Positions 19,199-27,844 of a stretch of DNA of 28,245 nucleotides are shown here, in pieces. The stretch lies in contig JBCNVN010000019.1 in the NCBI GenBank assembly GCA_039630055.1, forward strand, positions 1 through 28,245, in the 5' to 3' direction. Within the stretch, counting starts at the first letter, position 1. Each line of letters begins with the position of its first letter. Under the pieces are notes generated by a model, which saw only the letters and a program-made list of their open reading frames with translations, was not told the DNA's origin and searched no databases. The position numbers were made by a program, and so were the translations under genes. The DNA comes from Candidatus Caldarchaeales archaeon (GTDB lineage: Archaea > Thermoproteota > Nitrososphaeria_A > Caldarchaeales > Wolframiiraptoraceae).

Positions 19199-19573
19199 AT
19201 GGATGAAAACTTAGAGCTTAAGATGCTGAGATTAAAGAAGATGAAGAAGATTATTGCATCAAAAAGCTCTGAGAGCGATGTGGCAAGTGAAGAGGCAGAG
19301 GTTGAAGAGGCTTTGAAGATAGTTAAGGAGAGATTGTCTGATAGAGGGGACGAAGTTCTCGAGGCGGCATTGAAAGATTATCCTGAAATTACGAAGAAGA
19401 TTGTCTTGGTTCTTGCCAAGAAGATCAAGAATGGAGAGCTTATGGATGAGATCAACGGTGGAGAACTATTAAGGTTATTCGAGAAGCTTGGTATGCGTAT
19501 AAAACTTGAAACCAGTATAAGATACTATAAAAAGGGTGAATACAAATCTCTTTCAGACCTTCTCAAAGAATGA
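19199..19573 (+). CDS. PDCD5-like double-stranded DNA-binding protein (divergent)
   Basis: N-terminal ELKMLRLKKM helix, then RLSDRGDEVL and INGGELLRLF, resembling the PDCD5/MTH1615 family. Confidence 0.55.
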   Translation: MDENLELKMLRLKKMKKIIASKSSESDVASEEAEVEEALKIVKERLSDRGDEVLEAALKDYPEITKKIVLVLAKKIKNGELMDEINGGELLRLFEKLGMRIKLETSIRYYKKGEYKSLSDLLKE

Positions 19574-19700
19574 TTAGTAATACTGGATATATAAAAGATT
19601 TTAAGTCTTAATTATATCATAGATTGCATTTATAGACGAGGATATAGAAGTATATATTTATAGGTAAGCCATTTCAATCCTTGAACATGGAGGTTGAGGC

Positions 19701-20117
19701 TTGCCACTAGAATATGAGGCTCCAGAAGGATATTATTATACTAGAGAACATGAGTGGGTTAAGATTGAGAAGAATAGAGCGAGGATTGGAATTACAGACT
19801 ATGCTCAAAAGAAGCTTAGGGAGATAATCTTCGTAGAGCTCCCAAATGTGGGTCAAAAGATCAAGCAAGGAGACACACTGGCTACAATAGAGTCAGTTAA
19901 AGCATCTGCAGATGTATATTCTCCAATCACAGGTAAAGTCTTAGAAGTAAATAGTAGATTGATAGATAGTCCTGAGCTATTGAATGAGGATCCATATGGA
20001 AATGGATGGATATCAATACTGGAGATTACGGAAGAAGTTAGTTATGAAGATTTTATGGATTCAGATGAGTATAGAAAGTATTTAGAAGACTTGGAAGAAT
20101 CAAAAGGTGAAGAGTGA
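19701..20117 (+). CDS. gcvH: Glycine cleavage system H protein (lipoyl carrier)
   Basis: YTREHEW, GITDYAQ, lipoyl-Lys motif IESVKAS, NEDPYGNGW. TTG start with GGAGG upstream. Confidence 0.93.
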   Translation: MPLEYEAPEGYYYTREHEWVKIEKNRARIGITDYAQKKLREIIFVELPNVGQKIKQGDTLATIESVKASADVYSPITGKVLEVNSRLIDSPELLNEDPYGNGWISILEITEEVSYEDFMDSDEYRKYLEDLEESKGEE

Positions 20118-20126
20118 AGTATAATT

Positions 20127-20471
20127 ATGGTCTTAGTGAGAGTTCACAGGATCTCGAGTATGCGCGATCCTGAAACTGGAAGAAGAGGAAAGATAATAGA
20201 ATTGGTGGAAGAGAAGAGAGCCATTAAAGATACTAGATTCTCCAGCTTAACAGATGAGTCATTCATGATCCATAGAGTGATAATGGATGCCATGACCCAT
20301 CTTCAAAACTTGGGGATCGCACCGTTCATAGGTGAAAACATCAAGCCCAAGATGACACTATTCCTAAGTGAAGATGAATACGATCTTCTAGGTGTAAAAC
20401 TAGAAGTAAATGATGTATACGATCTAGAATTCAAGGATGGAAGTATAATATTCAAAAAAGCTTATGATTGA
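20127..20471 (+). CDS. rcd1: Arcadin-1 family protein
   Basis: KIIELVEEKR and PKMTLFLSEDEYDLLGVKLEVNDVYDLEFKDGSI resemble Pyrobaculum arcadin-1 as I recall it, with similar length. Confidence 0.7.
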   Translation: MVLVRVHRISSMRDPETGRRGKIIELVEEKRAIKDTRFSSLTDESFMIHRVIMDAMTHLQNLGIAPFIGENIKPKMTLFLSEDEYDLLGVKLEVNDVYDLEFKDGSIIFKKAYD

Positions 20472-20585
20472 TTTATAGGTTACCAACTTCTTCGAAGTCT
20501 CACCATTCGACAGAGTCGGGAATATTTCTCTAAAATTTTATGAAAACAAGATCCATGACGACCTCCTTTAATCATATGATAAAAG

Positions 20586-21197
20586 CTAGGCTTCAAAATG
20601 TTTAAGCTTATTAAGACTGTAAATCATCCTGTGAATTATCGTAGCTAGAGAAAGAAATGTTAATATTATTAAAGCTATGTTGAGCGCTCCCTTGTATGAG
20701 GGTTCTATAAATGAGGCGGCGGATACGAGTATGATTCTTTCAGCTCTCTCCATTAAACCGACACCTTTCAAATCTATGCCAAGAGATTCTGCACGAGATC
20801 TAGTATAACTAACGAGAAGTGATGATGCAAGTGATGTGGTGCCCCACAGGGGGGAGACCACTCCCGAGCTTGTCAAGCTTATAAATAATGCGGATTCTCC
20901 TATTTTATCGAGTGTTGAGTCGAGGAATGCTCCACTCCTACTCTCCATCTTCCTCTTCCTAGCGATGGCCCCATCTAGAGCGTCTAGTAGACCTGATATA
21001 AGAAGAGATATCCCGGCTGGATAGAATAGTAGGGTAAGGTCTTTTGCGAGATAGTAAAGAGTTGAAGAGAATAATGCAGTAATGAATGATGTAATCGTTA
21101 AGTGTAGAGGCTTTACATTCATAGAAGATAGTAGGTTGACCAAGCTTCCAGATAGATGATTTAAGAACTTATCTTCAAGATGTCTCTTCCACCTCAA
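20586..21197 (-). CDS. CDP-alcohol phosphatidyltransferase (archaetidylinositol-phosphate synthase-like)
   Basis: Signature DALDGAIAR...GAFLDSTLD, VSYTRSRAE, ERAER. Confidence 0.88.
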   Translation of the reverse strand: MRWKRHLEDKFLNHLSGSLVNLLSSMNVKPLHLTITSFITALFSSTLYYLAKDLTLLFYPAGISLLISGLLDALDGAIARKRKMESRSGAFLDSTLDKIGESALFISLTSSGVVSPLWGTTSLASSLLVSYTRSRAESLGIDLKGVGLMERAERIILVSAASFIEPSYKGALNIALIILTFLSLATIIHRMIYSLNKLKHFEA

Positions 21198-21377
21198 ATA
21201 TCATCCCACACCATACCATTAAACACATTATACAATAAAATGTTCATCATCTATTAAGGATATTATATTATGGTAACGTTCCCTATATAGGTGTATCAGA
21301 TATAGTTTATTTAAGAGTATTGAAAACACGATACTCGTACATGTAACTATAGTTAGTATATTCTCAGTGATGTATAG

Positions 21378-22150
21378 TTGATCAGAGGCTGGCCTGGAGA
21401 GTAGAGGTTGGAGATGCTCTACCTACTGGAATCATGAGGGTTATGAACTTTAGTCCAGAATCTTTCTAAAAGGTTCAGTTAGAACATCTTATAATGAGAA
21501 CGCTGAGACTGCTGCAAACATCGAGAAGCTAGGTGCAGATATAATAGATGTTGGAGCTATGTCTACAGCACCATACCTCGACACGATGATAAGTGAAGAA
21601 CTAGAAGCTGAGAGAATACGTGAAGTAATAGAAGCAGTAAATACGGGAGCAGAGATACTGAATAATATTACAGGTTTATCGAATCCAAATATAGGTATAA
21701 TAGCTGCAGAGCATGATCTATCACTAATACTCTGCGCGCATAAGATTTGAAGCCTTCGTAGGCCCAGCGATGCTATAGCTTTAAAGGTTTTGGAAAGATC
21801 GTTGAATGATGCAATCAATCTAGGTGTTAAAAGATGGAAGATAATAGATCCAGCGATTGGTTTTCATAGAGATACTGGAGTAGATTAGTGGAAGATAGAT
21901 CTAGAGCTGGTCAAGAACCTGAGAAAGTTTAGAAGACTTCAGAGACCGATACTTATAGGTATATCACGAAAATCTTTCTTTAGGGGTATTAACTGGACGG
22001 GAGAAGCCTAAAGATCGACTATATGGAACTATCGCCGTCTAGGCATTAGCAGTTTTCTTAGGGGCACATATAGTTAGGACACTTGATGTGAGAGAAGTTT
22101 TGGACACTGTCAAGGTCTCCGAGGCCCTTATGAATAAGATAGTTGGATAG
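21378..22150 (+). pseudogene. folP: Dihydropteroate synthase pseudogene
   Basis: Manual translation across frames gives VEVGDALP..IMRVMNFSPESF, GADIIDVGAMST, IIDPAIGF, PILIGISRKSF and GAHIVRTLDV. Stops at 21467, 21748, 21886 and 22040, with frameshifts near 21400, 21468 and 21981. Confidence 0.9.
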
Positions 22151-22178
22151 ATGTGCTGTTAGTAGGATGCAGGTCTTC

Positions 22179-22886
22179 TTAAAGTTCTACACATGTGATA
22201 ACGGGAATGTTTAACTCTGCCTCAAGTTTAGCATTCATCTTCTTTAATGCTATAATCGTGAATATTCCAGAGATGTTTGCTTTTACTTCTTTACAAAGAT
22301 TTACTAATGCTCTCGCCGTCGCTCCAGTCCTAATTATATCATCCGTCAGCAGAACGTACTCCCCCCTCTTTATCGAGTTCTTAGGCAAGTAGATATACCT
22401 ATAGGTTCCCGACTCGAATACTTGTTTTATCTCTAAGAAATCTCTAACCCCAAGCTTCTTAGCCTTTCTAGCTACAGCTACATCCTTACCTAGAATAGAT
22501 GCAACCTGATATGCTACGGGTATCCCATCAGCTTCGATAGTTAATACTTTATCGACTTTAACAGCATTTACCTTCTCATACTCAGCCAAGATCATGTATT
22601 TTAAGAATATTGGGTCATAGATTATCATATTGCTGTCAACTGCGCCAAACTCGTCAATCGAAACCCTTCTACTTACCTCTTTATTCAGATACTCTCTCTT
22701 GAATACATTGAATATCATCCTCGAAGTTTCTAAGCTTGGTATCACATGCCCATTTACATATCTACTCAACGCGGTTGGTGGTATGTCAAGCATGGAGGAG
22801 AGTTGTTCATAAGACATCATCTTCTTGAGTATGGTTAGGGCCTCAACCGAGCTGACCCTATACTTTAACTCCTCGATCTTCTTCAT
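22179..22886 (-). CDS. HTH-fused type I phosphoribosyltransferase (PurR-like regulator or purine PRTase)
   Basis: N-terminal HTH SYEQLSSMLDIPPTALSRYVNG, ARKAK, and PRPP loop VLLTDDIIRTGAT. Confidence 0.8.
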   Translation of the reverse strand: MKKIEELKYRVSSVEALTILKKMMSYEQLSSMLDIPPTALSRYVNGHVIPSLETSRMIFNVFKREYLNKEVSRRVSIDEFGAVDSNMIIYDPIFLKYMILAEYEKVNAVKVDKVLTIEADGIPVAYQVASILGKDVAVARKAKKLGVRDFLEIKQVFESGTYRYIYLPKNSIKRGEYVLLTDDIIRTGATARALVNLCKEVKANISGIFTIIALKKMNAKLEAELNIPVITCVEL

Positions 22887-22938
22887 CAGCTTACAGATAG
22901 AAGATATCCATCCTGCTTATTAACTTAAATATTAGATT

Positions 22939-24330
22939 CTACCGCCTGTCTCTCAACCTCTTCATCGTTTCATCAATATCTTTGAGAATGATTTTAGCTA
23001 TCTTCTCTCCTTCACCCAAGTATTTTGAAGGTTTTAACTGGGATAGTTCAGTTAGGTCCACATCTGGAATAGCTTCCATCAATCTCTCAAGTAGTTCTCT
23101 GGGATGATCTCTCACCGCTGCCTGCACAAGCTCGTATGCTTCCCCATATCCATGTCTCCTAAGATATACTTGGTATGCTTCTGCTAATATCTCTGGATGT
23201 TCCTCAACTTCTTTAACCATAGATTCCTTATTGATATGAATTCTCTCAAGAGATGCTATTAGATTCTGGATCCCTATTAACGTCAAAGACAACGGTATAC
23301 CATAAAATCTTTTGATTATCGAGTCCGATAGATCTCTATGGAGTCTACTCGACAACAATCTTCTCGAAAAGTATGATAGAATCTCTGATGCAAGGTCTAG
23401 TGCACCTTCAGAGTTTTCGATTAGTGTAGGATTAGATTTATGGGGCATAGTCGATGAGTGTACTTCACCTCTAGTAGGTAGAAAGCTTACATGTCCTAGC
23501 AATGACATCATCCAAAGATCTCTACATAGATTGGATAGTATCGAATCCATTATCGCTACCTTCATTAAGTATTCAGATACTTGATCATGAGGTAAAATCT
23601 GAGTTGATGCTGGATTGTAGCGGAGACCTTGACGTTCGACAAAGGATTTACTGAACTCTATCCAATCTATCTCGGGATAGGAGAATTTGAGAGCATTATG
23701 ATCTCCTATCGCTCCACCCATCTTTCCTTGAAACTTTATAGATACTAATCCTTCCAAGATCTTTGAAACTCTATATGCATAGTTTAGTAAGTATCTTCCA
23801 AAAGTTGTTGGGACGGCGGGTAAGCCGTGAGTTCTAGCCATCATCACCGTCTTAATGTTATCTGAAGATATCTGACAGAGTTTATCAACCAGCTTCATTA
23901 TAGATGGGACTAACACCTCTTCATTAAATCTCTTGAGCAAGATAGAGTAAGCCAGATTATTGATGTCTTCTGAAGTTAACCCTAGATGCACGTATGGTGA
24001 CAATATATCTAATCCTACTTGTTTAAGCCTTTCCATAAGAAATTTTACTACCGCCATCACATCATGACCTATCATCCTCTCAATCTCTTTAATCTTCCTC
24101 ACATCATCTATAGAAAAACTATCTATGATCTTCTTAACCCGCTCTCTCCAATCTTCAGGTAGAAGATGTTTTTTAGAACTGTCTACTTCATCTATAAAAT
24201 TAACTAGATAGTCTAACTCGATCTTTACCCTCTCTTTAATGAGAGCATATTCTGAGAAATATTCCTTCAGATGATGTATTTTCTCTCTGTATCTTCCATC
24301 TATCGGTGTTATGCTATCTAATGGATCCAT
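22939..24330 (-). CDS. purB: Adenylosuccinate lyase
   Basis: ITPIDGRY, HLGLTSEDIN, ARTHG, SSTMPHKSNP, SRLHRDLSDS. Confidence 0.94.
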   Translation of the reverse strand: MDPLDSITPIDGRYREKIHHLKEYFSEYALIKERVKIELDYLVNFIDEVDSSKKHLLPEDWRERVKKIIDSFSIDDVRKIKEIERMIGHDVMAVVKFLMERLKQVGLDILSPYVHLGLTSEDINNLAYSILLKRFNEEVLVPSIMKLVDKLCQISSDNIKTVMMARTHGLPAVPTTFGRYLLNYAYRVSKILEGLVSIKFQGKMGGAIGDHNALKFSYPEIDWIEFSKSFVERQGLRYNPASTQILPHDQVSEYLMKVAIMDSILSNLCRDLWMMSLLGHVSFLPTRGEVHSSTMPHKSNPTLIENSEGALDLASEILSYFSRRLLSSRLHRDLSDSIIKRFYGIPLSLTLIGIQNLIASLERIHINKESMVKEVEEHPEILAEAYQVYLRRHGYGEAYELVQAAVRDHPRELLERLMEAIPDVDLTELSQLKPSKYLGEGEKIAKIILKDIDETMKRLRDRR

Positions 24331-25577
24331 TACTTTACAACCTCTATCCCGGCTCTGGCCCCAACCGAGACTATCTTTATCGGTTTTCCAAGTAGCTTCT
24401 CAACAGTCTCTACGTATACTCTAGCATTATCAGGTATAGAATCCCATCCTCTTGCAGAGATCTTACTCCATTCATCCTCTGAGAGTCTAGGCCATCCATC
24501 AAGTTGAATATATAATGGCTTAGCTCTTTCAAGAAGCCTCACATTTGGAGGAGCTATCTTAATGGTCTCTCCATCTACTTCATATCCTGTACAGATCCCT
24601 ATCTTTTCAAATCCACCTAAGACATCTAGTTTAGTTAATGCGATGTAGTCTACATCATTTATCTTTACAGAGTATCTGGTGAGGGGAATATCCAGCCATC
24701 CAACTCTCCTAGGTCTACCAGTTGTTGTACCGTATTCTCTCCCCCTCTCTCTCAAGACTTCTCCATTACCATCTTTAAGTTCGGTTGGGAAGACCCCTGC
24801 GCCAACCCTTGTCGTGTACGCTTTCATAACTCCAACTATCTTGGATATCTTTTTCGGTCCTATTCCACAGCTTGTTAGAACTGCTCCAACAGTCGTATTG
24901 GAAGAAGTAACATAGGGGTATGTTCCATGATCTATATCGAGAAGAGTTCCTTGAGCTCCTTCAAAAACTATGTTGGCTCCATCATCTAGAAGATCGTTCA
25001 ATAGGATCTCTAGATCACATATATTTCTAGATAGCTCTCTACCTAAACGGGCCAGTTCATCAATTTCATCGATATTGAAAGTGTGAACCTTTTCCAATAC
25101 TTCTATCTTACTTCTTAAAACTTCTCTATCTAGAAGATCCTCGATTCTTAACCCTATCCTCAAGGCCTTATCAGAGTATGCTGGTCCGATACCCCTACCC
25201 GTGGTTCCGATAACCCCTCCACCCCTCAGCCCTTCGATCATATTGTCGAGTCTTTTATGGATCGGTAAAACTACATTTGCATTCCTACTGATCAGTGGAT
25301 TAGCATCTATCCCTAAGCTCTTCAGTAGTTTTATCTCTTCTATCAGCTCACTTAGATCTACTACTGTTCCCGAGGCAATGCAAGGTTTAGCTCCAGAAGC
25401 AGAACCAGCTGGAAGCATATTAAATCTAAGCTCCATATTGTCTATTACGACCGTGTGACCTGCGTTTGCTCCACCTTGAAATCTTACAACATACTCGGCT
25501 TCTCTAGATAGTAGATATGATATCTTACCTTTTCCTTCATCTCCCCACTGGAGGCCTACTATTACTGTGCTAGGCAT
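24330..25577 (-). CDS. purA: Adenylosuccinate synthetase (long form)
   Basis: GLQWGDEGKGK, GGANAGHT, GTTGRGIGPAY, EGAQG, GTTTGRPRR, TKLD. Confidence 0.97.
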   Translation of the reverse strand: MPSTVIVGLQWGDEGKGKISYLLSREAEYVVRFQGGANAGHTVVIDNMELRFNMLPAGSASGAKPCIASGTVVDLSELIEEIKLLKSLGIDANPLISRNANVVLPIHKRLDNMIEGLRGGGVIGTTGRGIGPAYSDKALRIGLRIEDLLDREVLRSKIEVLEKVHTFNIDEIDELARLGRELSRNICDLEILLNDLLDDGANIVFEGAQGTLLDIDHGTYPYVTSSNTTVGAVLTSCGIGPKKISKIVGVMKAYTTRVGAGVFPTELKDGNGEVLRERGREYGTTTGRPRRVGWLDIPLTRYSVKINDVDYIALTKLDVLGGFEKIGICTGYEVDGETIKIAPPNVRLLERAKPLYIQLDGWPRLSEDEWSKISARGWDSIPDNARVYVETVEKLLGKPIKIVSVGARAGIEVVK

Positions 25578-25579
25578 AT

Positions 25580-27037
25580 TTATATCACGTCTACATCGTG
25601 AGGCCAGCTCTCTCTAATCCCAGACTGTGTCACCCTTACGAATACTGCATTCTTCTTCAATTCATCTATAGTCTTCGAGCCTAGATAACTCATTCCAGAC
25701 CTTAGACCAGCTATCAACTTCTTTATTATGTCTGAGGCAGAGCCAGTGTATGGAACATATGCTTCAACACCCTCAGCATAATAGGAGTATTCTGAAACAT
25801 CTATCAAGGCTTCTACAGAGTCTTCTTTAACTCTAAAGTCTCTACCTAGCATAGCGTAGATGCTGGCCATACCCCTGTAGATCTTGTATCTTCTACCATT
25901 CCTGACAATCGTGGTACCCGGGCTCTCATCAGTCCCTGCAAGCAATCTCCCAATCATTACAGATGATGCTCCCGCTGCTATCGCTTTAACTATATCCCCA
26001 CTATCTCTTATACCTCCATCCGCTATTATCGGGACATCCATCTTCTCCGCCGCATCTGCACATTCAAGTATTGCAGAGAGTTGTGGAACCCCTATCCCTG
26101 CAACTATTCTAGTTGTACAGACAGATCCTGGTCCAACTCCAACTTTAACAGAGTTTGCCCCTGCTGCAGCGAGGTCTTCTACCCCTTCCCTTGTAGCAAC
26201 GTTTCCCGCTACAATCTCTACCTCATCTCCATAAGCATTCCTAATTCTCTTTATCATCTCTATACACATACTTGTATGTCCATGGGCGATGTCTATTACT
26301 AAAGCATCTACACCTGACTCTAGCAATAGCTCTGCACGCTTAAACTCGTTCTCCTTTACACCTATCGCTGCAGCTACTAGAAGTCTTCCTTTAAAGTCTC
26401 TTGAAGCATTTGGATAAGCTTCTCTCTTAAGTAAGTCGATAGATGTGATCAAGCCTTTGATCTTGCCGTCTTCATCGATTAACGGAAGCTTCTCTATCTT
26501 GTACTGCTTAAAGATCCTTCTTGCATCTTCTAGTGAGATATTCGGTTCAGCTACTATCATATCTTTTCTAGGGGTCATACAGTATGAAACGATAGTTGAA
26601 TCATCCTCAAAGAGTATATCTCTCTTCGTCAGGATGCCTAAAACCCTATTATCGGGATCGACTACGATCAATCCACTTATCCCAAGACTCTTCATAATCT
26701 CCTTAGCTTCTCCCACGGTTTTACTTGGAGATATGGTAGAAGGTTTCTCTATTATCACATTATCTGCTCTCTTAACCCTTGATACTTCCTCTACTTGTTT
26801 CTCTGGAGACATGAATCTATGGATTACTCCGATCCCTCCCTCTCTAGCGAGGGTTATGGCCATGGCTGACTCTGTAACAGTATCCATGGCCGCTGAGACT
26901 ATCGGTATATTTATAGAGATCCTTTGTGTAAACTTCGTCCTAGTATCTATCTCTCTTCTAGAGATTATTGAAGACCTTCGAGGAACCAGTAGAACATCAT
27001 CAAAAGATAAGCCTATACTATCTACAATTTTAGCCAC
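25580..27037 (-). CDS. IMPDH/GMP reductase family protein with CBS domains; probably a GMP reductase despite looking like guaB
   Basis: Catalytic [11 protein letters not shown] pair, IADGG. GMPR-like SRRE (S26-R27), [19 protein letters not shown] and GMAS; no flap Arg-Tyr. Family is near certain; confidence refers to the GMPR call. Confidence 0.65.
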   Translation of the reverse strand: MAKIVDSIGLSFDDVLLVPRRSSIISRREIDTRTKFTQRISINIPIVSAAMDTVTESAMAITLAREGGIGVIHRFMSPEKQVEEVSRVKRADNVIIEKPSTISPSKTVGEAKEIMKSLGISGLIVVDPDNRVLGILTKRDILFEDDSTIVSYCMTPRKDMIVAEPNISLEDARRIFKQYKIEKLPLIDEDGKIKGLITSIDLLKREAYPNASRDFKGRLLVAAAIGVKENEFKRAELLLESGVDALVIDIAHGHTSMCIEMIKRIRNAYGDEVEIVAGNVATREGVEDLAAAGANSVKVGVGPGSVCTTRIVAGIGVPQLSAILECADAAEKMDVPIIADGGIRDSGDIVKAIAAGASSVMIGRLLAGTDESPGTTIVRNGRRYKIYRGMASIYAMLGRDFRVKEDSVEALIDVSEYSYYAEGVEAYVPYTGSASDIIKKLIAGLRSGMSYLGSKTIDELKKNAVFVRVTQSGIRESWPHDVDVI

Positions 27038-27650
27038 GAAATCCCTTAGACCAGATGAAATACCATAATATATCTTTTATTTTAAATATTCAATAAAAAA
27101 TAAAATAACCAGTTAAAGCTCTTAGAGGCACTATCTGGAGAAGACAGGATCCATAAACCTAAGATAAAGACAAAGACTCTTTCCGATTATTTTATCCTCT
27201 TTTCAGACTTTTATCCCCAGTATTCACGATATGGGGTCTAGATCTTCACGGTCTAAACTCAGCAAGGATATAGGGTGAGTAACGGCGACCTGAATCTATG
27301 GGCCACATCTTTTCATAGAGAGAAGAGGATACCGAAGCCACCATAGACAAAAACCTGGTTTATAGTTATATCGTAGAAGTTGATCAGATATTTTTCCTCG
27401 ATAATCTTTCAAAAACATGCGATCTCTTCTACAGAGATAAGCCTATCGTCTTTAAATCACTCTTTAAAAACTCTAGATCTTGTAGAATTAAGCTCATTAA
27501 AATCCTATAACATTGGCGAAACCATGACTCTACCATCTCTAGATAAGCTAAGGATTAAACTCTAAATACTGCTTGACGAACTCTTCAATCTGTGAAAGGT
27601 CTGAAAAGCCTCCATCACATAATCACAGATATGTGATTAGAGTATCTAAT

Positions 27651-27725
27651 GGGCCCGTAGCTCAGCATGGATAGAGCATCGGCCTTCTAAGCCGGGGGTC
27701 GGGGGTTCAAGTCCCCCCGGGCCCG
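27651..27725 (+). tRNA. tRNA-Arg(TCT), no intron, CCA not encoded
   Basis: Acceptor stem GGGCCCG/CGGGCCC, D arm GCTC/GAGC, anticodon stem TCGGC/GCCGG with loop CTTCTAA (TCT at 27686-27688), T loop GTTCAAGTC. Confidence 0.96.
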
Positions 27726-27844
27726 TGACTTCCATGAATTTCATAAAAAAGTCAAAAAATGCTTTTACATGTTTATTGTACTTGTTATTATCGGTTGATG
27801 ACGTTATAAGATATTTTAAGGACTGTGCAGTCTATTTTTTATCC

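Noticed and set aside
19701-20117. GcvH as a sulfur-oxidation lipoate-binding protein (LbpA)
   Set aside because: The protein has no cysteines and there are no sHdr genes in the window.
21195-21250. Minus-strand ATGATGA as the C box of a C/D sRNA
   Set aside because: No properly spaced CTGA D box, and the region is the AT-rich upstream region of the phosphatidyltransferase gene.
21559-21750. 63-aa ORF as a stand-alone gene
   Set aside because: It is an internal fragment of the folP pseudogene.
21748-22042. In-frame TGA/TAG in folP as selenocysteine, pyrrolysine or recoding
   Set aside because: They are accompanied by frameshifts, a deletion and a conserved-residue substitution, and TAG/TGA act as normal stops in neighbouring genes.
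26445-27068. 207-aa plus-strand ORF, and similar antisense ORFs such as 14073-14555, 4431-4796, 10888-11241 and 25884-26234
   Set aside because: Antisense shadows of well-supported genes with no independent coding signal.
27380-27565. 61-aa plus-strand ORF
   Set aside because: Short, no SD or recognisable motif; cannot be supported.
27651-27725. tRNA-Arg as an att site of an integrated element, or as an intron-containing tRNA
   Set aside because: No duplicated tRNA fragment or integrase seen in the window, and the cloverleaf is complete without an intron.
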